NCBI RefSeq assembly: GCF_006345805.1
Contig: NC_042997.1
Span: forward strand, 156,736,001 to 156,800,000
Source of the DNA: Octopus sinensis
Lineage: Eukaryota
Direction of reading: 5' to 3'
DNA length: 64,000 nucleotides
Positions within the stretch are counted from its first letter, which is position 1; each line of letters opens with the position of its first letter. The notes under the pieces are model-generated. The model saw only the letters and a list, made by a program, of their open reading frames with translations, did no database searches and had not been told where the DNA came from. Of the stretch, positions 13,326-26,664 are shown piece by piece. The translations under genes and the position numbers were made by a program.

Positions 13326-15599
13326 TATATAAATATATTGATTTGACTTATTTCTCATCTCTACTTTATCATGAGCAGGTATTGTTTTAAATGATGAGCT
13401 CTCTTCTAATTTTTTCTTACAGTGTAAAATTTATTTCCTTGTACTCCAGCTTGCTTTATATTTAATTTTATCCCTGAAGTCTCGGGTATTTTGCATGCAG
13501 ATCCTACCTTTGAACTGATTATTTTGCGATATTTAAAAAAAACTACTTTTAAAAATCTTAACCCATGCTAGCATGGAAAACGGACGCTAAACGATGATGA
13601 TGATGATGATGATGACTCATCACGGAAATAAAATATCACTGATAATGGTTGGCCATACAATTGAATCACCCTAGTAGATGAGCTGCATGGGAAATTAATA
13701 GTGAAATGTAGACGGAGTTTTTTAAAAACCATTTTTGATTTTCAGCACAGAAATTTATTGTTTTGAGAAGATAAATAGAAGTGAAAATTACAAAAACTCA
13801 TAAAATACTAATTGAGGAACCACAAAATAACTGTTAGGCTAGTTTATAAAACTGATATAAAAAATACCAAAAGTAGCAAAATACTACGCTAACCATAAAA
13901 TGTATTATTTTCTTTTCTGAATAAATTATGTAACAACAGTTAAAATGTATATTTAAGAAAACCACACAATGGCTGAGGCAAGGTTTAATCTAACTCTGTA
14001 GCCACTAGTTAGCATCTTGACCTCACAGCTACTCTACTTTCTAAAATGTTAGACTTAAACAGAATAATGTGTTTCATTAATAAATGTTAAGTTTTAAAAC
14101 AGAACTCTTTAAAGTAAAGGATATGAGCTTCAGTATGATATGAACACAGAACAAAAAAAAAAAAAATTCTGCAAATCATATATGAAGAATGACTAGAAAA
14201 AAAAGTATAGTTACAAGCATGATATTTGGATTATTTTTAAAATTTATTCTGAATGAAATTGGATTTGGAATTTATTTTTGTTTATAAAACAAATTGAAAC
14301 ATGATTGATAATTTTCAGAGAATAGCACCAGATATTGATAGATTTTTCTGATAAGCAAAAATAATTTCTGCTAATTAAATTTTTGAATACAAAAAGCTGA
14401 TGGCTGTTACATTTCATAAACTTTTAAATAGTAAAAAATATTACAAGGGAATAAGAATTGGTGATACAAAGTGGATATTTAGAAACTTCCACTCTTACTA
14501 CATCCATATATGTCAGGTTTTATATGCTGTTAAACAGATTTTTCAAACATGATTTTGCCAGATTCAGTGGTTCTAGTAATAAGACTTCCCACCTTTTATG
14601 AAATATATTGATTGATTGGGGGGTAAAAAATGATGTAAAATTTATTAAGTAGAATGAGAGATGACAGTTATTGTATTGTAACAGGTCATTTGTCATAAAA
14701 ACAAATGTTTTCTTTTAGTGGAGGTGGAAGGCTACTAGAAGATTTGGATGTTCAAATAAAGGAAAAGTGTGAGGTTACTGAGATTTCCTACAGAAAGCTG
14801 TTCTCTTTGGTGACATTCGTGAAACAAATGCAAGCATAACAGACTTATGAGCAAATAACAATTTTAGGCAGGGAAAAAAAAAAAGATATAATTGATAGCA
14901 ACAATAGATTTTTGTTTCGAAATTAAATCCATACTAGTGAAGCACCAAGGGCCAATGTTGAGGACAGTAGGTCTTGTGACATACGATAGCAGCTCACCTT
15001 TAATGACACCTGCAAATCTGGACGGAGGAATTTATTTAGACGTATTTACAATAGACAGGCAACTTACAAAGGGAATGCAAAAGTTACTTCCCTTGAATTC
15101 GCTGTCATTGCCAGTCAAAAGGAAAGAAAAGCACTTGCAGTCCAAAATACATTGGGATTATTTTGATTTTCGTTGACAAAAACGTGTGGGGTTGATCTTA
15201 TCATGACCCAAATCATGTTAGTGGAGATGAAGCCAGGCCTTGATGTGATATGTTACAGAGTTGAAGTACCTCAAACAAGTGGTGTTTAACAACTGGTATA
15301 TTGGTAAATACATGGCATATATATGTTAGAGGGGTGCAATCGTTGCTATTTGGTTTAGCAATAGAACGCCAATTTAGAAACTAAGGCAAAGTATTCATTA
15401 AAAAAAAAAACAGAAGGAGAAATAGGGAAAATAGCAATGAATTATGATGTTATCAATATCAAAAATGTGTTATAAGCAGTGTATCAAAATATTTTTGTGG
15501 AGCTCTTAGACAATATATCAATAGGCCTAAAATAATAACTTAGACGGGACATCTATGAAGAAAAAAAAATTTACACTTATGGCATAAATAATCCTTTCT

Positions 15600-15810
15600 A
15601 CTGAAAATGCAAGGCCTGAAAATTGAGGCAGGAGGAGATTAGTTGATTACATTGACCCCAGTGTTTCACTGGTACTTAATTTATCAACCCCAAAAGGATG
15701 AAAGGCAAAGTTGAACTCGGTGGAATTTGAACTGAATTTGAATCTGTAAAGACAGATGAAGTGTTGCTAAGCATTTTGCCTGGCATGCTAATGATTCTGT
15801 CAACTAGCAG
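15600..15810 (-). mobile_element. SINE-A, degenerate
   Basis: aggatgaaaggcaaagttgaactcggtggaatttgaact core/B-box. Confidence 0.7.
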
Positions 15811-17389
15811 CGTTAGTGGCATAAATAAAAATAGAATTATTTCAGTCAGGTGTTCACGATTCTAAGTTACTCTCAATTGAATGAAAAATCATGTATTTCT
15901 TCATATATATATATTCTTTTTCATGTTTTTACTGTATCGAAGTTTCCAACCATTAATTGTTAGAAGTATATATCTTTGAATTTCAGTGATTATATATTTA
16001 TAAAAACTCCATACACACTGTCAAATATGGAATAATTCTCCATAATACTTAACACAAATTATTGAAAATCTCCATGTTTATGATAATTACTTGTAATTAC
16101 TTGCTGGAAGAAAACTTCAGTCTCAATACAGACAGAATTACTCTGATCTCAGAAAAAATTTAATAGAGTTGCTAATTTGGATAAATGTGAATCTAGTTCT
16201 GGTTAGTTACATATTTAGGAGCAAAGTGTTTGTTAAATTTAAAGCAATTTCCACTAGTTTTGTGCCCTTTGTCATCACTATATATTCAGCTCTCACTGGT
16301 AACTCCAAGTAAATATGAGTAGACGATAATCTCTACATTTTGAGCAACTATCTCAACTGATTGTCAGAGTAGCTCTTTGTTGAGAATCTGTCCTCTCATT
16401 CTTTAAAAAAAAATAAAGGGAAGGACAAATTTGTAAAAGTAGTCCTAGCTACACCACATCTAAAAAAATGTGGATTAGTCATGGCTGGAATACTTTTGAT
16501 CATAGGTCTGCTTGGTCAGACCTTGGAGTTAAGCAACAAAAGGTTGAACAGCAGATGTGTGAGAGCAAAATGAATGATACAGACAGGCATACATAAAGCT
16601 TATGTCATTGGGTATTAAAGGAAACATTGTAGAAAAAAATCATAAATTCTAAGTATTAACATAGGCTAAACATTGCTTATAGATAAAACAAAAGTATTAA
16701 ATTAAATAGACTGTGAATAAGGTTTCTAACAGTTGGGTTATGAATCCATAGTCTTTTGATGCTGAATTCTACTTACTTCACCAAAATGAAGGTAACAAGG
16801 AAGCCTCTTTGTGGTTGTTAGACCTATTCTAGCAAGTGTGTCATCTAACCAATGTTAGAATGGAAGAATTAACAAAAAATCCCTCCAAATACATCTCAAA
16901 ATGAAGAACATTTTTTGTCTTGAGTTAAATGAAGGTTAGCAATTTATAAAACATATTTATAGCTATGCATTAATAAACTCTATGATAAAGTTAACATGAA
17001 GGAATTTATGCCATTGTACTAATGATATTTTACTAACACATTCATATTTAATAACCATTATGTCTGTAGCGATTTTGTAGTAGCCTGACAGAACAGAATC
17101 TGAGACAGGAGTAAAGAAAACAGTTTCTAGTGTTTACAGAATATAGTAAAGATCTGAGAAGAAGTTTCACATTAGGGGAAGATGTTAGATTGTAGTGTAA
17201 AGGTATGTATAAGAGTGGTATTTCTATATCTGGAAGACTATACTGCATTTTCATGAACAATGGCATGTAAAGATTATGTATATATACACACACATATGAT
17301 GTATAGATTTTCTGTTTTACTGCATTCAGCATCTCATAATAATGGTTATTTACAGATTTATATTATATTATACATATATAAACTGGTAC

Positions 17390-17575
17390 CCTGTCAGTTA
17401 TAACAGGTCTCCAGTTGATTAGATCAATGAAATAACCTGCTTGTGAAGTTAACATGCAAGTGGTCAAGCACACCACAGACATGCGTACCTGTAATGTAAT
17501 TCTCAAGAAGATTCAGCATGACACAGAATGTGACAAGGCTGGCACATTAAAATACAGGTGCTACTCATTTTAGAA
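17390..17575 (-). mobile_element. 3' module of SINE family C (variant c); related piece at ~6900-7015
   Basis: Shared block gtgacaaggctggc...acaggt; ends at the shared AAATGAGT motif (reverse strand). Confidence 0.5.
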
Positions 17576-19672
17576 CATATCTTTACCTGTGTGTGTAAAA
17601 GAGAAGTGCCCTAAGGATTAAGGTAAATTACAATCTAAATGACACTAAAGTTTAATATCAACAGATTCTAAGAACATAAAAAGCCACGTTAATTTAAGTA
17701 TTGAAATTAAATTAACTCTGCAGCATTTCCATAATGAAGGTAAGACAAGGAATTAAATTGCAAAGTAAATACTAATCAAAAGAAAAAGTGTTATAAAATG
17801 GTTTGAAAATTTAATAAAAATCATAAAAAAGATTATTTACCTCAAGGGAGTACAGTTTAGTAGAAATTTACAATTTCTTATATATATATATATTCAATGG
17901 CTAGCATTATAACTTTCTGTCTATTAACAATTAAGACTAGGTGGTTAATTAGTAGAGTCATTAGATTGTTAGAATGCTTTGCAGTATCTATTCCAACTCC
18001 TTGAGCCCTGGGTTCAAATTCTGCCAAGGTCAGTATTGTTTTTCATTCTTTCAGAGTTGATAAAAAACTTAGCAACCCTGGGTAGTGAATCAGCATAACT
18101 GTTAGAGGGCTAAGCAAAATGTCCTGCAGTGTCTGGTCTTTGTGTTTTGATATTAACACCTGTGATGACATTAATGTGAAGCTGTATCGGCTTAAGTGAG
18201 TCACCTTTCTTTCGGATAAACATTGGTGGTAGAGAGAAGGGACTTGCATGCATCATTAACTTCCAGTCTTCTTGCATGAACAAAAAAAACCCTGCCCAGG
18301 TCTGTGCATATGTGTACAAATGCATAGTTAACCTTGTCTGACAGGGCATCATCACCATCACCATAACTTTACTAAGACTATTTACAAGATGTGTCACTTC
18401 TCGATACCTAAAAGTGCCTCATTATTTATTAAATTTTATTCATTATTCTGAAAATTAAGAATAATATTAGTGGGGAAATGGTCTGTAATTAAGCTAATAA
18501 CAAAATAAAATTGTAACTATTCAAATAATTTTTGGTTTTCTTAAAAACAAAAACAAAATTGTTTTACGGACAAAACTCATATTTTGAGTTCTGTCTTTAG
18601 ACTAGTTACATATGACAGAGCTTATTCACAAAAATATTTAAAATATCAGTTCTATTTTCAAACATTAAGCTTCCGATGATTTCTAACATATTAACATATA
18701 AAATATATTTGATTATTTCAAGCGCAGAGATTGATTTTAGTTCAAAATATTTTGGCAGTTGGTTAAAAGGCTTATGTCATGGGTTCCTCATTTTTAAAAT
18801 TATATTTTTCCAGTATCCCAGTTGTGACAAACATGTAAAAGAATCAAGGAGAAAATCCAAATATATTCTAGCATTAAGTGACAAAATATTCCAGAGCTTA
18901 ACTTCTTGTGACAATAGTTTAAAAAATAACTGTACGAGGCACATAGAAGAATTTGTAAGAGAAAATCAATTGGGATCTTCTTTGAATAATTTCAAAATAT
19001 AACTGCTTTTTTTATTTAAATTAATAGAATAAATCATTAAAGATAAGTAAATCTGTGGATGTGGTATTATGTTAACAGCTTTGAATACTTTCTCCCCATT
19101 ACAATTGATCACCATCTAGCTTTTGAGAAATGTCTTATTTCCTTGTATTAAAATGTGATAATTTTAGAGATCATTTATTTTCCTCCTTTTCGAAACATGA
19201 GACAATTCAGGTGGGGTTTTTTTTTCTTAAACATTAAATTGGCCATGTTAATCTCATCTTCAATAAAATACGATGAGCTAACAGAAACTGCAAATCCCTA
19301 CTGAACAGAATGTAGGATGAAATCTGGAGTGAGACCTAGTGGGTTATAAAACATAACCTGGCACATCAGAGAATGCTTGATAAACAGTTAAAAAGAAACA
19401 ATCAATGATATACAAGAATAATGACCAAGTTTTGTATAGCCATGGCAGTAAATGTTTGACAGAAATGGGACTTACTTGGATTTATGATCAACAGAAAATA
19501 ATTTAGAGCAATAGCAGAATAAACCTCTTAGATGATTAAGATTATAATTTTCCAGACTATTAACCTTATCTATACAGTATATTTACATCAGCACTGTGTT
19601 TTGAATAGATTGATCTCCTATCATCAGCAGTGTGCATCATATATATATATATATATATATAAACGGGAAGCT

Positions 19673-19717
<45 letters not shown>

Positions 19718-19864
19718 TATTTATTTATTCCTAGACTGGATTTGAACTAGGAATCTTTATTACTAATTTAAAGGTAATAATGAGCTTATTCATTAAGCCA
19801 CAGACATGTTCAAATTATATTACATTTTTAGGTTATTTGTATGTTTTTGCTTTCAGCTTATATA

Positions 19865-19918
<54 letters not shown>

Positions 19919-20301
19919 AACATATACATACATATATTCTTAGATTTCTCTAAGTTTTCCTTCTGTCTGGTTCTATTTCAATTATGAAAATTTATTTCAC
20001 AGAAATATGTTTTAATTAATAACTTGGAAAATTATATCTTAATGAACAACATCTCAGATATTTAGGACTCTTAGATGATGTTAAATTTCTCAGACTAGTG
20101 GTCCCAATTCTAACATTGGCTTTATTGATATATATATATATCCTCATCATCATTAAACATCTATTGTCCATGCTGACATGGGAATATACATATATATGCA
20201 TATATATATATATATATATACACACATGTATATAAACAAAACCTTAATAGAGAACTTCTGTTGAAAGTTTCTTGTTTTCTAGCAATTTAAAAATATATAT
20301 T

Positions 20302-21038
20302 TCAGTCTGAAACGCTAGAAGATTTTCTTTCTTTTAGATGTCCTGTTATTGACTTACTGTCTTTACTGAGATTTGCTGCTGAATATTTCCGGTTTGATGC
20401 TTGGAAACATTCTCCACGAGACTGAGCATGTTCTTCCCCTGCCTTTTGAGCTGCTACAGTGGCAACCATATCAATTGTAGCATAGTCTATTATAGAATCT
20501 CTGGGATTTGTTGCCTTCATTTGAGTGGGACCGTTTGGAAAATTAGAAGAAAGGTCAATTTCAGCATAGTTCAATAGGGGTTCTGGTTGGTCTACAGAGG
20601 TAAAAGGAGAACATGGAGGCGTCATGTCTATATTCACATAAGAAGATACGGACTCATGTGTATCTGGATCACGGCCTAAATTTACATAAGCCGGATTTTC
20701 ATTTTGGGGTGGTGGAGAATTGTTATTGATATTGTTTGAAACTGCTTGAGGTAAATTATCGAATGTAAATACAAGACCTGCAGAAGCAGATTGTGGTGTT
20801 TGAGGGCTGCCGGTATCAGCACTGCAGCCATCAATAGATTTCTTTCGTTCAACAAGTTGGTAATCTTTACCAGACCGAGGTCTTAAAATTGTTGATGCAG
20901 GACTACTGCGCACAGCATCCTCAGCAGACAGAGACTCAACAGTTCCTGCATTAGGTGTGAGTAAGGGTTCATCATCTTGTGGGCTGGCATCATTTGATCT
21001 GAGTTGTTTAGCTTCAGATGTCTGGGAACTTTCATCTT
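20302..21038 (-). CDS. DOK7: DOK7-like adaptor, last coding exon (737 nt, phase 1 to TGA)
   Basis: Acceptor ttaaatttgcag|AA gives (E)DESSQTSEAKQ..., in frame with ORF 20302..20913 and ending ...KERKSSSVSD*. The six exons total 4553 nt = 2 + 1517 codons. Confidence 0.85.
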
Positions 21039-21469
21039 CTGCAAATTTAAAATTAAAAAAAAAAAGTCACTAAATTATTGGTATTTTATAAAGTTATCAT
21101 CAGTATCAAATATTATTTGGTTATAAAATAACAATGGTGAAATAATAATTTCTTTCAACTCAGGTACATGATTAATTCAATTAACACTATGAGATTAAAG
21201 TTAATTTATTAACTGTAAAAAGAGAATCCTCCTGCCCCTGTACATTTCCACTCAAAGCTTAGAATGAAATAAAATTACAGTATAATATTTAGGTGTTAAA
21301 CAACCATTTCTAACAATTCCTTTGTTCTAAAGATATAAAAGACTTATGCTGTTGTTTGGCCTGTTGGCATCAGCTTCCAAACACATTGCCAAAGGTTAAA
21401 GATAGAAGGGTTTTGGTGCATACATTTAATAGTGTGACCCTTCTTCCACAAACTCTCAGCCAACTGATG

Positions 21470-21509
<40 letters not shown>

Positions 21510-21664
21510 AAGAACTGAAGGAGAGATACATAAATCAAAGTTGGCTTCAGAGTGCAGAGAGCAAGAACACATCTTGCATCTAATGCCCTAAGTACGCTAA
21601 ATTTGTACCTTGCCTTTAAGTTGGTAAAAGATTTTCATCAGAAAAATTAACACTGCAAGCTTAC

Positions 21665-24284
21665 CTGTTGCATCAGTGGTCCTAGGGATCCATACAGATT
21701 CTTCAACCAATGGGTCTGATGCAGGAGCAATACGTAAAGAGGATTGCACCTGTTGCTTTTGCTGAACATAATCTGACAAGTCTTTCAATTGGAAAGGTTC
21801 AGGAATTTCCTGGAATTCAGGTTCATACTTTAACTTTATTCCAGTTACCTCTGGTGTCAAACAGGGATTGGATTCAAATACAGGGGACAAACTACAAGGA
21901 TGAGACTTGGTTTTAGGAGGTATAAATGGAGGTAACCCAGCCACATGTCGAGCTATGGCTGCAGCTTGTTCATCCGGAGTTATAGCTGGGTTCAAAGGCA
22001 AACTGAGTTTATCTTTCAGTTCTGATGTATTCGTAGTGACAGCTGGTTCAAAGCTTTCTTCTTTCAGTTGAGATTTACCCAACTGATACAGTTCTAATAA
22101 TTTCTCATCATCTGTTTTTGAAGAATTATTGGTCTGGAATTGTTCAGGAGGCATTACTTCTTCTCCTCCTCCGGAGGAGGACACAGGGTAAGCAGTTAAT
22201 ACATTGTTTTTGGTGCAAGGGTCATTAAGTGTGTTCGTTGGTGAATTGCTACTGATTTCATTTGGAATTTCTTCTTTACCGAAAAGTGGTCCCATGAATA
22301 TATATGAATCAGACACATCACTGCTGTAGTTTTCATGGTCATTTGATTCAAAAGACATTGATGAAATCTGTTTTAGATTTTGGTTAGCTGTATCTAAATG
22401 TGACTCTTTGGAAGGACTCTGGCAGGCTGAATGAGAAACACTACACGGTTGCATTTTATAGTTGCATTTCATCTGGCTGAAGGATTGTTGACAATTATGG
22501 CATTTAGTTGGTGTTGTGTTATTAGAATTTGGACTGCAGGAAGAAGTACCAGAACGATGACAACTAAAAGGTAAAGGTGGATAACCAGCAGTCTGCTTCT
22601 GGTCAACCGAAGGATTACACTTAGGTAATTCTGGAACCATATCTTGGTAGCAATTCTCACTGGGAAAACTGGAAGATCGTTGTCGTTCCCCCAATGACTG
22701 ACCTTGTTCTGGTGGCACAGATTCTACATTTTCTACAGTTACAGGATTACAAGGCAGCCCAACTGAGCTAGTTCTATCAACAGGTGAGTTTGATGAGGCC
22801 AAATTTTCTTGGCTCAGAGAGGAGTTCTTGGTTTGGTCTTTGGAATTACGTCGAATTAAACGAGAAAAAAACCCTGGAGCTTTCATATTGTTTTCCTGGT
22901 GTTTATCTTTGTTAGTTCCTTTATTTGCAGATTGATTGTTTCCACTTCCGTCATTAGACTTTTCGTTATTTAAAATCTGAAAATTTTTTAAGTTAGGAAA
23001 TGGTACTGGGTTACAGTTTGTAGATAAAGATGAAGAAGAAGAGAAATCTGAACTCAGTGAAGTGGTAATATCTTTCGAAAATAAAGTTGGAGAACTAGGG
23101 TTTGAACATATGCTTATATTTGAGGTTTGGAAGTTTTCTGTAGCTGATTTTTTAGGGCTGCCTCCCATCTCCATGTAATTTTCCTCTGGATTTCCCGTTG
23201 CTATTGGCTGGGATCTCATCATTTCGGCTGGCATTGTGCTCAATGGAGGTGGAGGAGCACAACACTGAGTTATATTGGGTTCATAAATGGAAGTTCGACC
23301 AGGAGAGTTATGAGTGGATGGACAAGGAGGTGGGGGAAAGCCAGTTGGAATCTCAAATTTACCAGTCATATCCATGTAAGCACGTGTCATGTTTGAATTA
23401 CCATGAGGTAGGATTGGTGATTTTAGGAGGTCTGACTCTTCACACTTTTCTTCCTTAGCAAATCCACTCATCATAAAATACGAATCATCAGAGTTATTAT
23501 CTTGGTCTTTTAAACGGACAGACGAAGGGTTTCCAATGTGTGACATGTGATATGGACTTAAATCAGAACTACTGGAAGAATCTGGAGACATGGTGTGTCT
23601 TCGAGATATATGTGGAACTGGAGATACTGGGTTGTTAATGGAAGGTAGTAACTGACGTTGACGATTTCTATTTTGCAATAATGGTCCCTTTGGGGGTAAT
23701 TTTGGAGGTGGTGAATATTCTCTGGAACAATCCTCTGTTTTAGGGGAATTTACATTCTGGGAAATGTTTTCAGCTTTTGAATCTTGTTGAGGGAAATAGA
23801 TGTTATTATGATAATCAATTTGCTGTTGTGTTTTATTTGGCAATGGTGGATGATTGTACTCGAGATTCAAGTTATCATAATTTTGGGACCTGGTGTCTGG
23901 AAGTAGAATATCAGCACTTTCATTTGAAGAGACAGACAAATGCCGTCGATCATCGCCAACATCGTATTTTTCCAGATTTACATAAGGTAGAGGTGCTGCT
24001 AGCTGTGAATTTTGTGGAATCTTGTTAAGCTTAGACAGAAGATTTGGACTAAGCATGCCACTGTCCCAATATCCAGTACTAGTCCGATTAGATGAAGGAG
24101 CATTATTCAAAGAACAGCTGTTACTGCGGAACTGAACGTCATTATCAGTAAAATTAGCATCAACCCATGCATTTGTATTTTGGTAGGATTTTTTGTTTTG
24201 CAACATGGGCTGTCCCTGCATACTTACAACATATTTTGGTTGTGTCTGGCCCCCATTTGGTTTAGTCTCTTCTAACTGCCAAAC
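21665..24284 (-). CDS. DOK7: DOK7-like adaptor, giant tail exon (2620 nt, phase 0-1)
   Basis: Acceptor tttcatttag|GTT; donor ACAG|gtaagc. Stop-free 873-codon frame (ORF 21597..24221 plus 21 upstream codons VWQLEETKPNGGQTQPKYVVS). Ser/Pro/Asn-rich with several Tyr motifs. Confidence 0.85.
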
Positions 24285-24430
24285 CTAAATGAAATGAATA
24301 CATGATTTTAATAATCCTCTCACAAAATAAACTCATTTTATTTATCAGTTGTACATATATTTCAATGAAAGTAAAAATATTACCAGTGAAACCAAAATCT
24401 TTGGTATTCAATCTTCCAAATCTACAGCTA

Positions 24431-24576
24431 CTGTAAATCCTCGAGTATAATACGCAGGGGATTTTTAGGGGGCTGTACCTCTGAAAAACCTAACCCTTGT
24501 GTATAATACGCACCCCTTCTCTAACTTGAGTCAAGGAGGTCAATATAACGTCCTTGGTTTGTAAAAATGTATACGG
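24431..24576 (+). mobile_element. Short derivative of the Tc1/mariner-superfamily MITE at 31090
   Basis: ta|ctgtaaatcctcgagtataatacgcaggggatttttag...ccccttctctaacttgagtc matches the left part of 31090-31561; ends ...tacgg|ta. Confidence 0.7.
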
Positions 24577-24762
24577 TAACGTACTTTATTATTATTATTG
24601 TATATATAACATAATGCAAATGTGTAGCTTTTTTGTGCATTTTGTTTGCAGTCATTTAACATATATATGTTAAAAGGTTTGAATTAATTATGATAATTAG
24701 TCCAACATTAACTTTGCTTTATTATTAATTTATAAAGACTGACATAACTCTTCACAAAGGTA

Positions 24763-25121
24763 AATAGACAATAAGAAGGGTACAATGTGATTTGTAATAG
24801 AGATTGTTTATTTAACAGACTGAGCAATATTTCAACAGATGGTCAGCCTTCTTCAGGTTCAAAGTGTAAAATGAAAACAAAACAAAAAAACACACAGAAA
24901 CAGAAACTCAAACTATGAATGAGGAAATACTGCGTTCCTTTTTAGATCTAAAAAAGAACACAGGATTTCCTCATTCATATTTTGAATTTCTGTGTTTCTG
25001 TGGGTTTTTACGTTTTACATTTTGAACTCCAAAAAGACAGAAAATCTGCTGAAATATTGTTCAATCTGTTAAGTAAACAATCTCCATTACAAATTGCATC
25101 ATGCTCTCCTTATTGTCTATT
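24763..25121. repeat. ~360-bp imperfect foldback element with a hammerhead-like core in each arm (probable Penelope-derived)
   Basis: Arms are visibly complementary around the centre TTTTTAGATCTAAAAA. Minus strand 24856-24830 reads CTGAAGA-A-GGCTGA-CCA-TCTGTT-GAAA. Confidence 0.8.
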
Positions 25122-25149
25122 ATCATTATTTTATTATTATTATATAATA

Positions 25150-25583
25150 ATATAATAATGAAATTATTGTATACAGTGCTCAGGTGCACTACAACTTGTC
25201 AGAAAGTGCATATAAAGTACATGCAGTAATGTAGAAATGTCTGGAAAGTGAACATGCTTGTGTATGTATGGAGGGGAGAAAATCAGGTGTAGTGTTGGCG
25301 AATCTCAGGAAGCATGGAAGTCTTGAAGGATGCAGTGCTCCGACAACTAACAACCGATGCCGGCAGTTTGTTCCACGCTTCAGCAACTCTCAGCGTGAAA
25401 AAATGTTTCCTGAAGTCATGGGAGCTGTGCTGTTTTCTTACTTTGTAAATATGTCCACGGGTGTTAGATGGGTGGAGTTTGAAGAGGTGCTCAGAGTTAT
25501 TGTTTGTACGATGGTTGATAATTTTATGGGTGTCTGCCAAGTCAGCTGCCAGACGTCGGAGTTTCAATGTGTCCATGCCCAGG

Positions 25584-25585
<2 letters not shown>
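25150..25585 (-). mobile_element. CR1-clade LINE 3' end (ORF2 C-terminus + short 3'UTR + (TTA)-type tail)
   Basis: ORF 25283..25576: LKLRRLAADL...TRGHIYKVRKQHSSHDFRKHFFTLRVAEAWNKLPASVV...SFK, the typical CR1/L2-group TRGH...RK.FF..RV...WN.LP signature. Confidence 0.88.
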
Positions 25586-25634
<49 letters not shown>

Positions 25635-25650
25635 TAATAATAATAATCAT
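25586..25650. repeat. (AAT)n microsatellite at the CR1 5' truncation point
   Basis: Direct reading. Confidence 0.95.
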
Positions 25651-25939
25651 CATAAGAAGAAGGGGAAGGGGAGGAGAAACAATTCCTATAGAGAAATACT
25701 TAATTATTCAGAAATCATTAACCATAAAAGCAAAAAGATTTCAAAAGTAATGCTGAGTACTGTCATCATCAAAACCCTTACCATCAAGTAAGATACCTAT
25801 CTGGTGATGGATACCTGTGTATAAAATATTTAACATGGGAACCAATCATCACACACAGTCTGCAATCAGAATCAGAATTTGCATCCACTTGTAAGGAAAT
25901 ATGAAACAATAAAATTGATTGGTGCAGATAATAAGAGTG

Positions 25940-26133
25940 GCTTGTTTCAGTCATTTGACTGTGGCCATGCTGGAGCATCGCCTTTACTCGAGCAAATCAA
26001 CCCCAGGACTTATTCTTTGTAAGCCCAGTACTTATTCTATCGGACTCTTTTGCTGAACCGCTAAGTTACGGGAACGTAAACACACCACCATCAGTTGTCA
26101 AGCGATGTTGTGGGGACAAACACAGACATACAA

Positions 26134-26175
<42 letters not shown>

Positions 26176-26342
26176 TATATATGTGTACATATATATACGA
26201 TGGGCTTCTTTCAGTTTCCATCTACCAAATCCACTCACAAGGCTTTGGTTGGCCCAAGGCCATAGAAGAAGACACCTGCCCAAAGAGCCATGCAGTGGGA
26301 CTGAACCCAGAACCATATGGTTCGTAAGCAACCTACTTACCA
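25940..26342 (-). mobile_element. SINE-B, near full length, with internal (TA)n
   Basis: Co-linear with 49780-50158. Confidence 0.85.
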
Positions 26343-26439
26343 ACCAAAATTTTCCATCTTAAGTTTATATAAATACCAATTCTAATGATTTGTAGTATGT
26401 GGCTGGGTGACATGGTGGTTGAATCATAAGATTGACCTC

Positions 26440-26626
26440 AGTAAAGACATTATTTATATTTGACGGATATTTGTCCTCATCTTGTTTGTTGTTAACACAT
26501 TTCGGCTGATATACCCTCCAGCCTTCATCAGGTATCTTGGGGAAATTTTGAACCTGGTTCTCATTCCTAAGGTATTTTTCGATGTTATTATTATTACTAT
26601 TATTATTATTGTTGTTATTATTATTA

Positions 26627-26664
<38 letters not shown>

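Noticed and set aside
14892-15176. 94-aa plus-strand ORF in a GC-richer island
   Set aside because: Non-ATG start, no motif, no splice context; more likely UTR or intergenic.
18676-19002. 108-aa plus-strand ORF
   Set aside because: AT-rich chance ORF without homology cues.
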